This document shows positions 44,375 through 52,907 of a stretch of 64,000 bases of DNA, piece by piece (position 1 is the first letter of the stretch; the number at the start of each line of letters is the position of its first letter). The translations under genes and the position numbers were made by a program. The stretch lies in assembly GCA_902780535.1 (NCBI GenBank), contig CACZFT010000009.1, positions 10,900 through 74,899 on the forward strand, written 5' to 3'. The DNA is from an uncultured Selenomonas sp. Its GTDB lineage: Bacteria > Bacillota > Negativicutes > Selenomonadales > Selenomonadaceae. A model generated the notes under the pieces. That model was not told the DNA's origin, did no database searches, and saw only the letters and a list, made by a program, of their open reading frames with translations.

Positions 44375-44485
44375 GCCCTTTGCCCTCCTTGATTTTTTTG
44401 GATGATGGTCGGTAACGTAATTCCTTTATCAAGGGATGGCGGGGGCTCGCGCCCCCATCTTCTCCCTTGTTGAGTTTTTCTCTAT

Positions 44486-44836
44486 TTATATAGTAGAAAT
44501 ATCGCGTCCGGCTTCCCACTCGCGGTAGAGTTTGAACCAGTCCGCCGCGTCCATGGTGATTTTCCATCGGGTGTTGTTCCGGCGATGCGCGACGATCGGC
44601 GCCTCGTCCCTTCCCGCTTCTACCGCGTCGCGTTTCGCCTGCGTGAGCGCATCGTCAATGTTGAGGTGCTCGACACGCTTGACCTCAATGTGAATGCCAG
44701 GCAGGCCGATGCAGTCCGCTGCCTCGCCCGTCTTGCCGCAGTACTGCGCCGTCCGGCGCACGTCGTATCCCTCGGCACGGCAAAGGCGGGCAAACTCCAG
44801 CTCGCCGGCCTTGCCCTTGGCCCTGCTGTTTGTCAT
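44486..44836 (-). CDS. PD-(D/E)XK Holliday-junction-resolvase-like endonuclease
   Basis: 116 aa. RAKGKAGELEFARLC...D...IEVKR pattern. Confidence 0.6.
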   Translation of the reverse strand: MTNSRAKGKAGELEFARLCRAEGYDVRRTAQYCGKTGEAADCIGLPGIHIEVKRVEHLNIDDALTQAKRDAVEAGRDEAPIVAHRRNNTRWKITMDAADWFKLYREWEAGRDISTI

Positions 44837-44888
44837 GTTCTCACCTTCCTAGAACAAAGAAAGCAGCGTAAACGCTCTTGATCATGTT

Positions 44889-45188
44889 TTACACTCCCTT
44901 CTCGCTGGTGCCGGTGCCTTCGTTGAAATCACCAACGTCGTCGAGATCCCAATCAATTGGGCACGATCTGAGTCGGCACCCTCCCCAGGAATTCAAAAAG
45001 GAGCACCCGCGGCATCCGCGCGGATGCTCGGCGCAGTATGCCTGCACCTTTCGCAGTGCCTTGACAAGCATATCCACTCGATGCTTCCGCGCGCACTTCG
45101 GGCAGCGCTTCATCGGCTCTTTTGGCCTGCGGATGCGGTTGTAGCGAAAAGTCCGGCCGCAGTCCATGCAGGTTGCTTCAATCACCAT
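44889..45188 (-). CDS. zinc-ribbon protein
   Basis: Start at MVIEATCMDCG (RBS AAAGGAGA). CxxC...CPKC pairs plus further Cys residues. Confidence 0.45.
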   Translation of the reverse strand: MVIEATCMDCGRTFRYNRIRRPKEPMKRCPKCARKHRVDMLVKALRKVQAYCAEHPRGCRGCSFLNSWGGCRLRSCPIDWDLDDVGDFNEGTGTSEKGV

Positions 45189-45382
45189 TTCAGATTTCTC
45201 CTTTCCTCGTGTACTCTCTTCGCCTCGGCTTCGTCCTGGTCGATTTGTCGCGTGATCTCCTTCCACACCTTTGCGATGGTGCAGACAGCCATGATCAGGC
45301 CGACACTCACCGCTACCAGGAACACTGTGAGTGCGATCCAGGCAGCGGCGACTGCCGCCTGGGCAAATGTCGCGTCGGTCAT
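45182..45382 (-). CDS. small membrane protein
   Basis: 66 aa with one long TM (AAVAAAWIALTVFLVAVSVGLIMAV). Confidence 0.4.
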   Translation of the reverse strand: MTDATFAQAAVAAAWIALTVFLVAVSVGLIMAVCTIAKVWKEITRQIDQDEAEAKRVHEERRNLKW

Positions 45383-45876
45383 GCCTGTCCCTCCCCTCTT
45401 GCTTTCTCCGTCGCGTAGGCCATCATGCAGCGCATGGCGGCGTTGATGAGATGCGTATCCTTGCGATCACCGGCGCGGTAAAGATTCAGATGGCGCATGG
45501 CGCGGGCGGCGTGCTCCTCAGGCGGGATCTGCCGCCATGTCTCGCCCGGGTGCTTCTTGGCGCCTGCCGTGAGGCCGCGCGCGACAGCCTCCAGCCAGTT
45601 GGCGTCGATGTAGCGGTATTCGTCTTCTTCGGTGTCTTGCGGATACGGTTTTGCCGATTTCGCGCTAGAATCGCTTCTGCGGCATTCCTCTTTTTCAGTT
45701 TCCTCTTCTTCCGCCGGGTGTTTGCCAAAAAACGCAAGCAGGATCTTTTCTGATTCGGCGGTCTGCTCGTAGCAGTTGTCCGCATTGTAAAGCGGGCAGC
45801 ACTCGCAATCATCATCAAAAATGTTACGCGCCTGGCATATCAGGTCTCGCGCTGCCTTATACTTATCCGATTTCAT
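45379..45876 (-). CDS. protein with C-terminal dATP/dGTP diphosphohydrolase-N-like domain (tentative)
   Basis: The GAKKHPGETWRQIPPEEHAARAMRHL block resembles the GAxKY..NW...A..RH motif of that phage domain. N-terminal Cys cluster. Confidence 0.45.
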   Translation of the reverse strand: MKSDKYKAARDLICQARNIFDDDCECCPLYNADNCYEQTAESEKILLAFFGKHPAEEEETEKEECRRSDSSAKSAKPYPQDTEEDEYRYIDANWLEAVARGLTAGAKKHPGETWRQIPPEEHAARAMRHLNLYRAGDRKDTHLINAAMRCMMAYATEKARGEGQA

Positions 45877-46711
45877 GTTCATTCCTCCATTCAGAAAGGC
45901 GTAACGGCGCGATTTCCTGCCGCATGGCGGCGTATTCTCCCTTGATGTTTTCAAAGTGCCGCGCGAAGGCTTTCTCCGCCGTCGTGCGTGCGTCGCGTTC
46001 TTTCTCGAGGGCGGCGATTTTCTCCCGCAGTTCCTTGACGGTTTCGCTCTCGTCCGTCGGCATGACGTCGATTGGCGCTTCCTCGGCCTCTTTCAGCCGC
46101 TTGCGCAGGTCTTCGATCTCCGCCTCATGGTCTTCCTGTAGGCTGTCGAGCTTCTGACGGAGCTTGTCGCTCTTGTCGATGGCGTTCTGCGCGGCTTCGT
46201 TCGCGAGGTCGGCCTCCTGACGCCATTTGTCAAGGCCACGCTTCGCCTCGTCGCGCTCTTTGATTGCTTTCTCCAGTTCGCGCTTGCTCATGTCGGCGAG
46301 ATCGCCTTTGTGCTCTTCCATGAAGTTCATGCACTCTTCTTCATCTTTGATGCTCATAAGGGCGACGAGCTGCGAGCGGTTGAGCTTTGCGACGAGCGCG
46401 GCGTCCGGTTCTTTGCCAAACAGTTTCGTCTGCCCCGATCCGAAGCGCTCCCAGACGCTCATGATGAGCTGCGCCGTGCGCTCTGAGTAGTCGACGTTCT
46501 GCTGCAGCCAGTATCCCCAGCCGCCGTGCGGTACGACGGCTTTCGCCTCGGTGAGGCGCTTACCGATCTCGAGTGTCGCGTTCTTGACGGCGGCGCGCGT
46601 CTGTTCTTTGATGGTGTTGATCTCCGTCGCAAGACGGGCGAGCTTGATGGCCTCATCCTCTTCTGCTTCCTGCGGTGCCGTGTCTGTCTTTGTAAGTGCG
46701 GTTTCTTCCAT
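45863..46711 (-). CDS. DUF3102-family protein
   Basis: 282 aa. ATLEIGKRLTEAKAVVPHGGWGYWLQQNVDYSERTAQLIM matches the DUF3102 core pattern. Coiled-coil C-terminus. Confidence 0.65.
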   Translation of the reverse strand: MEETALTKTDTAPQEAEEDEAIKLARLATEINTIKEQTRAAVKNATLEIGKRLTEAKAVVPHGGWGYWLQQNVDYSERTAQLIMSVWERFGSGQTKLFGKEPDAALVAKLNRSQLVALMSIKDEEECMNFMEEHKGDLADMSKRELEKAIKERDEAKRGLDKWRQEADLANEAAQNAIDKSDKLRQKLDSLQEDHEAEIEDLRKRLKEAEEAPIDVMPTDESETVKELREKIAALEKERDARTTAEKAFARHFENIKGEYAAMRQEIAPLRLSEWRNEHEIG

Positions 46712-46725
46712 GTGTCTGCTCCTCC

Positions 46726-48325
46726 TTATCCGGCTATGCCGATGGGTTTGATCTTCTCGGCCTTAAATTTTTCGACAAACGCCTGTACATCCTGCGGCAA
46801 GTCGGCATTGAACGCCGCCCGCGCCTGGACGATGCGCGTTCCGTCTGCTGCGATTTCCATTGTGCCAAGGCGTTCGTTTGTTGCCTCGGCACGGATGAAT
46901 ACGACGATGGTGCTTCCCGACGCGACGCGCTTGACATACGTACCGACGCAGTTGTGCATGGCGTTTCCCTCGTCGATGAGCTCTGTGAGCTTTTCCGGCA
47001 CGCGGATCGTGATGCCGTCCGCCGCGAAGCGATATCGCCTCTCGACAGCCGCGCGGTGCTTTTCCCAGTCGCCGTCCTGCGCCTGTGCCTCTTTCCGCTT
47101 TTTCTCCTGTATCTCGAGCGCCATTTTGGTGTGCAGGTGCTCCAGGATGGCGTCGTGAGCGCGGTCGGGGTTGCGCGGAAAGAGGTTGCTCTTGGATGTC
47201 AGATCTACATCCATATCTCGGCACATGCTGATGTAGTCGATGTAAATCTCTTTGCGGCATTTCGTCTTTTTGAGATACCGCATGACGCGGTCGGGGGGCA
47301 ACATCCGGCAAGCTGTGATACAGCTGCGAGCCGTATCCCGTCACGGTCATGTCCGGCAGGAGTGTCTGCTGGACGCCTTTCTTGCGGAGCTCCTGCCATC
47401 CCTTCAGTATGTCAGGCGTCAGGCACGCCCCCGGTCTCGCATCATGCAGCCACATTTTTTCCTCTTTCGTGAGTGCGCCACGCAGTACGGCGCGGAGCGT
47501 CTTGCCGCGCCAGTTGATGAGTTTCGGATAATGGTTGGCGCGGATCACGGCGTCTTGCGTCCGCCATCCCATCTTCGCGAGTGCTTCCGACGCAAACGGG
47601 TACTCCGCAATTCTGTTGAGCACCTTCAGCGCGCCGTCATTTTCCATGGATGCCACGCGGCTGTGTAGTGACAGCGCGTCCCACGTATAGCGAAACGGCG
47701 TCCCTGCGATGGCGCGGGAGATGGACGCGTCGTCTACACGGATTAGCGGGAGGGTGCCCGTACCCATGCCGCTGTAGCATCCCCATCGGGCATGCGGGCG
47801 CATCACATGATCCAGTGTGACGCCCGCCGCCGCCCGGCGGCCGCTCGACGGGCACGCCATAACGCCGCCCTCTCCGTAGCGGAAAATGCTCACGCTGTCG
47901 AGCGCCACGACAGGCCGGATGCGCCAGGGCATGACGAGCTTCCAGCCGCCCTCCCGGTTCACTTTTTTTCTGTGCCAATACACCGACGCGTAGGTGGTCA
48001 CAGCTATCAGTGCGCCGTCAGCGTTTGCGTACTGACAGACAATCACCCTGTCATGCAGGCGCGAGTAGCCGCGCCAGCCGTGGATCTGCTCGCCGATACT
48101 CCCGCAATATGGGCAGGTGGTTTCTTCCCGATGATGGCTCACGTCCAGCCGGATGAAATGGTGGCAGTGCGAACACCACGCGATGTGGCGATGGCGCTTC
48201 GACATGACAAAGAGGTATGTTCTTAGTACCCCCTCCGCCTTTTTCTTCCACGCCGCCATACGATGCGGCGTGGCGTAGCTGAGGATTTCCTCCGGTGTTT
48301 CCGGGAGATTCTTCTTTTTCTTCAT
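46726..48325 (-). pseudogene. PcfJ-like protein, split into two frames at a C6 tract
   Basis: The N-part runs from MKKKKNLPETPEE (48325) to ...GSQLYHSLPDV. The C-part (47304-46726) carries the PcfJ core LIDEGNAMHNCVGTYVKRVASGSTIVVFIR. The frames switch at gttgCCCCCCgac (plus-strand G6 at 47283-47288). Confidence 0.6.
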
Positions 48326-48336
48326 CCCGCGCCTCC

Positions 48337-48798
48337 TCATCCAAGCAGCGCGTCGAGGTCGAGGCTCGCCACGGCGTCCTTTTCCCGCTGCTCTTCCGGC
48401 GGGTTTGGCGGCTCTGGCGCTGCCGTCTCCGCAACCGGGTGCGTTTTCTCCATGCCGTGCGGTCGGAACTGCGCCGCAAGTGCGCCGAAGATGCTGCACA
48501 TCAGACCGCCCTCGATGAGCGCGTCCGCTTCTTCGTCTTTGATGCCGTAGTAGTCAAGCATCCACTTGACTTCCTGTTCCGGCGCGGCGTTGACGGAATT
48601 CTGATGCAATTCCCGCGCGCACGACCGGATGTGCTCGTAGCATCCTTTCGTGTCTTTGCCCTCCGCGAGAATGTGTTCCGCCGCGCCCTCGTCGTACTCG
48701 ATCCAGGCGAGCAAGAGGCGCTGCAAGACTTCCTGCGGCGATCCGTGTTCGAAGCTGTCCTTCTTCACTTTCTCAATAGCTTCCTGACGCATTCCCAT
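48337..48798 (-). CDS. PcfK-like protein (family that includes anti-CRISPR AcrIIA9)
   Basis: Start at MGMRQEAIEK (GGAGG 8 nt upstream). 153 aa, helical and acidic. Sits immediately upstream of the PcfJ-like gene, as in pcfK-pcfJ pairs. Confidence 0.5.
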   Translation of the reverse strand: MGMRQEAIEKVKKDSFEHGSPQEVLQRLLLAWIEYDEGAAEHILAEGKDTKGCYEHIRSCARELHQNSVNAAPEQEVKWMLDYYGIKDEEADALIEGGLMCSIFGALAAQFRPHGMEKTHPVAETAAPEPPNPPEEQREKDAVASLDLDALLG

Positions 48799-49069
48799 GG
48801 CGGTTTCCTCCTTCTTTCCTGTTGTTCTTGCGCTTTTTATGGTGCCGTCTCTCGATGAGGACGAGCTCCAGGCGGCACCGCCTTTTCCCGTCCTTCGATG
48901 GTTCGTTGACGCGGCGGCGGTATGCTGCCGTGAGCATGTACTGCACGGTGTCTCGTTTGATATGCCGGGCGCGGGCGATCTCGTCGAGCGTTCCGTCCAT
49001 GATGTTTTCTTCACCCTTGTAGAGGGCGTAGATGTTCTCATTCCGGCAGGCTCTTCCCCCTGCGTTCAT
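48773..49069 (-). CDS. small HTH-like protein
   Basis: Start at MNAGG (RBS AGGGAGG). The LDEIARARHIKRDTVQYML segment looks like an HTH. Confidence 0.4.
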   Translation of the reverse strand: MNAGGRACRNENIYALYKGEENIMDGTLDEIARARHIKRDTVQYMLTAAYRRRVNEPSKDGKRRCRLELVLIERRHHKKRKNNRKEGGNRHGNASGSY

Positions 49070-49107
49070 ATTGTAGTCCTCCCTTTTCCCTGCTATAATA
49101 CAGGGGA

Positions 49108-49422
49108 TCACTTTGTGTTTCTTTTCATCAGGGCCGCCCGAAAGGCGGCTTTTTTCTTTGCCCGTTCTTTGGCCTCCGCCTCCTCCCGTTTCGGATTGCG
49201 CGGCATGCGAAAATGCGGCTCCTGGAGCGCGTAGATTCCTTTCGCACCGCCGTTCGGCGCGAGGATGCTCTTGTCGACTGGGCCGAGGAGCTTGTCGAGC
49301 TCGTCGAGTTCTTCTTTTGTCGCTTGCCGCACGCGGCACTTCCCCGGCGCGACGGTGCCCGCGCGGTTTGTGACCACGATGAGGCGCGATGGGTCGACGT
49401 TTGCTGTGTAATATTTCGTCAT
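49108..49422 (-). CDS. hypothetical protein
   Basis: Start at MTKYYTANVDP. Basic C-terminus. Confidence 0.4.
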   Translation of the reverse strand: MTKYYTANVDPSRLIVVTNRAGTVAPGKCRVRQATKEELDELDKLLGPVDKSILAPNGGAKGIYALQEPHFRMPRNPKREEAEAKERAKKKAAFRAALMKRNTK

Positions 49423-49547
49423 GGCCGCACCGCTCCAATCTGCATCGCCGCCAGGCCGAGCAGGCCGATGGTCACGAGCACGCGCCCGACGATCTCCCAG
49501 CCGTAGTTTGTGAGCCACGGCAGGCCGTATTTCTTGATCCGCTCCAT
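49419..49547 (-). CDS. 42-aa small membrane protein
   Basis: Below track cutoff. Translation MERIKKYGLPWLTNYGWEIVGRVLVTIGLLGLAAMQIGAVRP. ATGA overlap with the next ORF. Confidence 0.3.
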   Translation of the reverse strand: MERIKKYGLPWLTNYGWEIVGRVLVTIGLLGLAAMQIGAVRP

Positions 49548-49558
49548 CCTTTGCCCTC

Positions 49559-49879
49559 CTACATCGTGATTTCCAGATCGCACTCGCTCTTGAGTGCCTT
49601 GATGATGCCCTTCTCGTCCAGCAGCTTAGCGTTCATCTCGTCGGCCAGCGCGTTCATTTCATCGATGAAGCGCGAGAGCCGCTTGTTGCCAAAGCCGAAT
49701 TTATCGTGCAACAGCCAGAGCGACATGAGCAGCCGCCCGCTCGTTGCCTTCTCCGTGGCATCGCGAGCACCTTTCCGATACATCTCCTGCGCAAAGTACT
49801 CGATATCGCCCAGCGTCCGCAGTACCGGCGTGTGGCGCTGGATATTGCGCAGGGCCTCCGGCATTGGTTTTCGTCCCAT
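49559..49879 (-). CDS. hypothetical protein
   Basis: 106-aa ORF in the early operon. Confidence 0.45.
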   Translation of the reverse strand: MGRKPMPEALRNIQRHTPVLRTLGDIEYFAQEMYRKGARDATEKATSGRLLMSLWLLHDKFGFGNKRLSRFIDEMNALADEMNAKLLDEKGIIKALKSECDLEITM

Positions 49880-49880
49880 A

Positions 49881-50090
49881 TCACTTACCTCCGTTCAGGA
49901 ACTTGAGCGCGCGCTCGAGCGTCTTTGTCCAACGCTCGACGTCCTGCGTGTTCACGACTTCCTTCATCGCCGCCATGCCGTCCATGACGCTCTGGATTTC
50001 AAAGGCTGCATTCGCCAGCCTGTATTCCGTGCGTGCCGCGATGCTATGTGCTTCGCTGAGCACATCGAAGATAGTCCTTTTCTCCTTCAT
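49881..50090 (-). CDS. hypothetical protein
   Basis: Start at MKEKRTIFDV (AAGGAG 9 nt upstream). Confidence 0.4.
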   Translation of the reverse strand: MKEKRTIFDVLSEAHSIAARTEYRLANAAFEIQSVMDGMAAMKEVVNTQDVERWTKTLERALKFLNGGK

Positions 50091-50152
50091 TGCCGCCCGC
50101 TCCTTTCTCTCTGCCAGTCGTCGCTCGAAGCGCCGCCCGCGTTTGCATGCTC

Positions 50153-50314
50153 TCACCTCTCAAACACCGCCTTTGCGAATGTATAGCCGAGGAAGCTCAG
50201 CCATGCAAGTGCGCCAAAAAAGCAACACACTTCTTCGACTACTCTGCCAATCCGCCGCCGGATGCGTCTTTCCTGCCATTTGCGGGCGATCGCCCGCCGT
50301 TCCCAGATATTCAT
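50153..50314 (-). CDS. 53-aa small membrane protein
   Basis: MNIWERRAIARKWQERRIRRRIGRVVEEVCCFFGALAWLSFLGYTFAKAVFER. ATGA overlap with the upstream ORF. Confidence 0.35.
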   Translation of the reverse strand: MNIWERRAIARKWQERRIRRRIGRVVEEVCCFFGALAWLSFLGYTFAKAVFER

Positions 50315-50763
50315 GCGTTTTCCTCCTCTACAAAGAGCTGCCCCTGCGCCCGATCGCCGTCGATGTAGCGCATACACTCCGACTCGAGTCTCGTGTATGC
50401 CTCCTTGAGCTCGTCGACGAGCGGCAGCCATGGGCTGTGGAGTGCGAGGGGACGGCCGCTGCGCTGCAGGATCACCACACCGCCGATTCTGATGACCTCC
50501 GGTGTTTTTGGCTCGTAGGCGATGTCTGTCACCTCGACGCTTCGCCCGACTACCGCCGCGTCCATCATGATCTCGCAGCCGTCGATGAGGTAGAGCCCCA
50601 TCGTCTCGATAGCCGCCTCCAGTTCCGGGCGCGGCATGTCGTTCGACGCGAGCGCGTGGCGCTCCCATGTCGTGCCGTTCTCCGACTCGCCCCATTCGAG
50701 AGCGTAGGTTGTTCCCTTCTTCTCGCTGAACGCGATTTTGATTTTCTTTAGCTTCCTCATCAT
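50311..50763 (-). CDS. hypothetical protein
   Basis: 150-aa ORF in the early operon. Confidence 0.5.
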   Translation of the reverse strand: MMRKLKKIKIAFSEKKGTTYALEWGESENGTTWERHALASNDMPRPELEAAIETMGLYLIDGCEIMMDAAVVGRSVEVTDIAYEPKTPEVIRIGGVVILQRSGRPLALHSPWLPLVDELKEAYTRLESECMRYIDGDRAQGQLFVEEENA

Positions 50764-50909
50764 GCCGCTCCTTCCTTGCTCGGCTTCTCGACGAAGAGCG
50801 CGATGTCGATGCGCGTCTCATCGAGTGCCTGCTGCAGCTCCTCGTCCGTCGTGATGCCCATGTCGTGGAGCTTCTGTTTCAGGGCTTCCGCCCGCTCGTG
50901 GATCGTCAT
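50760..50909 (-). CDS. hypothetical small protein
   Basis: Start at MTIHERAE (GGAGG 8 nt upstream). Confidence 0.35.
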   Translation of the reverse strand: MTIHERAEALKQKLHDMGITTDEELQQALDETRIDIALFVEKPSKEGAA

Positions 50910-50968
50910 GGCCATGACCTCCTTCTGACTTCGCAGGTTGCCGCCTGCGGATACATCTGCCAGCCTCA

Positions 50969-51220
50969 TCATTTGTCTTTGTGGCAATATGCGCTGATGG
51001 CGCATACGTGCTTGCAGTAATACTCGATGAGCTCGGGAGCGTTGTACTCCTTTGCCATCACGATGACCTCATCCTCATGCGGCAGCCGGATGCCGCGCTC
51101 GATCTGGTAGAGCCGCGTCGAGCCGATGCCGATGACCGCGCCCGCGCTCTGCCGGGACTCGAACGCCGGGTCTTTCTCAGCCGCCCGCACGCGGGCCTCA
51201 TAGTATGGCGTATCGTTCAT
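50969..51220 (-). CDS. XRE-like HTH protein
   Basis: Start at MNDTPYY. The SAGAVIGIGSTRLYQIERGIRLP helix-turn-helix pattern. Confidence 0.5.
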   Translation of the reverse strand: MNDTPYYEARVRAAEKDPAFESRQSAGAVIGIGSTRLYQIERGIRLPHEDEVIVMAKEYNAPELIEYYCKHVCAISAYCHKDK

Positions 51221-51286
51221 ATGCCTTCCCCCCTTAATTTCGCCCATACTTTTGTGCTATACTCTCCCTGTAAGGGAGGTAATGGT

Positions 51287-51697
51287 ATGATTCCCTATCA
51301 AGATTTGTCTGAACTTGATCTCCAACTGTTGAATGCGATTTATCAAAATCAGCCCATCTCCGTCAAAGAACTAGACTCTCTGCTGCAAAACCAGCATACT
51401 GTCAGACTACGCATCAAGCTTCTTGCTGAGCCTGATTGGGTTCCCGGCATTCGCGGCATGAAATTTGCAGTTGACAACACATCCTATGTCTCTTTTGATG
51501 ATACAGGCGCCGTCCGAACGACCGAACTCGGTAAGAGAGCGGTCGAGGAATGGCACTTGCAAAAGAAGGAGGCATCTCGAAAGCTGTGGGAGATCAGGCT
51601 ATGGAAGTTTTTCCCTATCTGTATTTCATTGCTGGCTCTCATTGTTGCAATCGTATCACTGCTAGAAGCATTGCACTGGATACACTTAGAGCAATGA
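51287..51697 (+). CDS. 136-aa winged-helix-like protein with C-terminal TM anchor (moron, opposite strand)
   Basis: Extended -10 TGcTATACT at 51255-51263 and GGGAGG RBS. Translation MIPYQDLSELDLQLLNAIYQNQPISVKELDSLL... ends in WKFFPICISLLALIVAIVSLL. Noticeably lower GC than its surroundings. Confidence 0.55.
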   Translation: MIPYQDLSELDLQLLNAIYQNQPISVKELDSLLQNQHTVRLRIKLLAEPDWVPGIRGMKFAVDNTSYVSFDDTGAVRTTELGKRAVEEWHLQKKEASRKLWEIRLWKFFPICISLLALIVAIVSLLEALHWIHLEQ

Positions 51698-51779
51698 GTG
51701 AAACAATCGTGCTGATTGCCTCCAGTCGATGCTCTCGCGCGCTATCGCGCAGCCATATCAACCATTGAAGTTTTCTCAT
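51639..51779 (-). CDS. 46-aa hydrophobic ORF antisense to the 3' end of the moron
   Basis: GAAGGAGG lies 9 nt upstream. Translation MRKLQWLIWLRDSAREHRLEAISTIVSLIALSVSSAMLLAVIRLQQ. Overlaps 51287-51697 by 59 nt. Confidence 0.3.
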   Translation of the reverse strand: MRKLQWLIWLRDSAREHRLEAISTIVSLIALSVSSAMLLAVIRLQQ

Positions 51780-51794
51780 TTTCTTCAACCTCCT

Positions 51795-51986
51795 TCATCC
51801 CATGCCTGGCCGCGTATGCTGCCAGGTCTTTTCTTTGGCGATCTCTAGGTATACGCCATGAGACAACGCCGCGTAGCGTTTCAGTAGCTCGGACATAGCC
51901 ATATGCTTTTCGGTGCTTATGGTTATGTCCATTTTTATGCCGTCTTGGTTTTGATGACTGGAGAACGTGTATCCTTGCTCCTGCAT
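51795..51986 (-). CDS. hypothetical protein
   Basis: Start at MQEQGYTF (RBS AAAGGAGGTGA). Confidence 0.4.
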   Translation of the reverse strand: MQEQGYTFSSHQNQDGIKMDITISTEKHMAMSELLKRYAALSHGVYLEIAKEKTWQHTRPGMG

Positions 51987-52067
51987 CTGCTCACCTCCTT
52001 TCTCCCGCCCGCGCGCATCTGCGAAGGTTTGTGGGAGAAAATATCGGTACAATATAGGTGGGGAAAT

Positions 52068-52310
52068 TTATGCAGTTTTGCTTTTATTGCGGCTTGACAC
52101 TTCAAAAGTGTTAAATACATCAAAAAAAATTTCTTCCATCGGAATACCAATATCTTCTTCCAGCTGTTTCATGACCTCTACTCGCGGCTTTGCTGTCCCA
52201 TTCTCCCATCTTGACCACACCTGTTGAGAAACATGGTATATTTTCCCCATTTCCTCCTGTGATCTTTTCCCTCTATACGAAATCAATGCTTCGCGTTTCA
52301 TTTTATTCAC
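52068..52310 (-). CDS. Cro-like XRE-family HTH regulator
   Basis: 80 aa. SQEEMGKIYHVSQQVWSRWENG HTH. Divergent from the cI-like gene. Confidence 0.65.
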   Translation of the reverse strand: MNKMKREALISYRGKRSQEEMGKIYHVSQQVWSRWENGTAKPRVEVMKQLEEDIGIPMEEIFFDVFNTFEVSSRNKSKTA

Positions 52311-52324
52311 CTCGCTAATTAACG

Positions 52325-52428
52325 CCTTAAAAGTGTTTTTCTATCTGCTTATATACTAACACTTTTAAGGTGTTGTGTAAAGTGTTTTTTCGCTTTTGCG
52401 GTGTTTTTGTTTTACGCGTGTAAAGTGT
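52325..52428. promoter_or_regulatory. immunity switch region with operator-like repeats
   Basis: 13-bp inverted repeat CCTTAAAAGTGTT (52325-52337) / AACACTTTTAAGG (52358-52370) and direct repeat GTGTAAAGTGT (52375-52385, 52418-52428), interleaved with -10/-35-like hexamers for both divergent genes. Confidence 0.5.
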
Positions 52429-52452
52429 AGAATAAAAATAGGAGGTGTTACC

Positions 52453-52839
52453 ATGACATCTAATTATAAATTTTCATCTATCATGAAGTCCTTACGCGAA
52501 AGCCAGAATCTGTCGCAGGAGAAATTGGCCGACATTCTTAACGTAGCGCAACAAACCGTAGGAAAATGGGAAAGAGGTATTACTGTCCCGCGTCAACCCA
52601 TGCTAATAAAAATAGCCAAATATTTTCACGTCAGCACCGACTACATTTTAGGGCGTACCGATACCCCCGACGCCTCCCCTGCGCCACCCGCGGCAAGCGC
52701 CCCGCCCATCACGCCGCAGGACAGGGAGCTGCTGCGCAAGTATCACGAGCTCGATCAGCGCGGCCGTCAGGCTGTCCTCGATACCATCGAGCGGGAGCAC
52801 AGCTACACCGCGCCCAAAGCGGAAGACGCGGGAACGTGA
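52453..52839 (+). CDS. cI-like XRE-family repressor
   Basis: ATG at 52453 with an AGGAGG RBS. HTH is SQEKLADILNVAQQTVGKWERG. Pro/Ala linker and a small C-terminal domain. Confidence 0.7.
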   Translation: MTSNYKFSSIMKSLRESQNLSQEKLADILNVAQQTVGKWERGITVPRQPMLIKIAKYFHVSTDYILGRTDTPDASPAPPAASAPPITPQDRELLRKYHELDQRGRQAVLDTIEREHSYTAPKAEDAGT

Positions 52840-52899
52840 TCTACACCGATCCCCGCCTCTGGCAATCAAAAAAGCCGCCCGAGCGGCGGCGGTGAAAGG
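52817..52899. repeat. 83-bp direct repeat copy 1 (contains hairpin GCCGCC-CGAGC-GGCGGC)
   Basis: 80/83 identical to 53925-54007. Starts inside the last codons of the cI-like gene. Confidence 0.85.
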
Positions 52900-52907
52900 A
52901 ACATCGT

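Noticed and set aside
46763-47290. Arg/Pro/His-rich C-terminal tail of the 578-aa track ORF
   Set aside because: This is out-of-frame read-through past the C6 tract. The overlapping frame (46726-47304) carries the genuine PcfJ core motif.
52094-52120. TTGACA near 52094 as a promoter inside the cro-like gene
   Set aside because: No -10 hexamer lies at a workable spacing. The adjacent palindrome ACACTTCAAAAGTGT is more plausibly an extra operator site.
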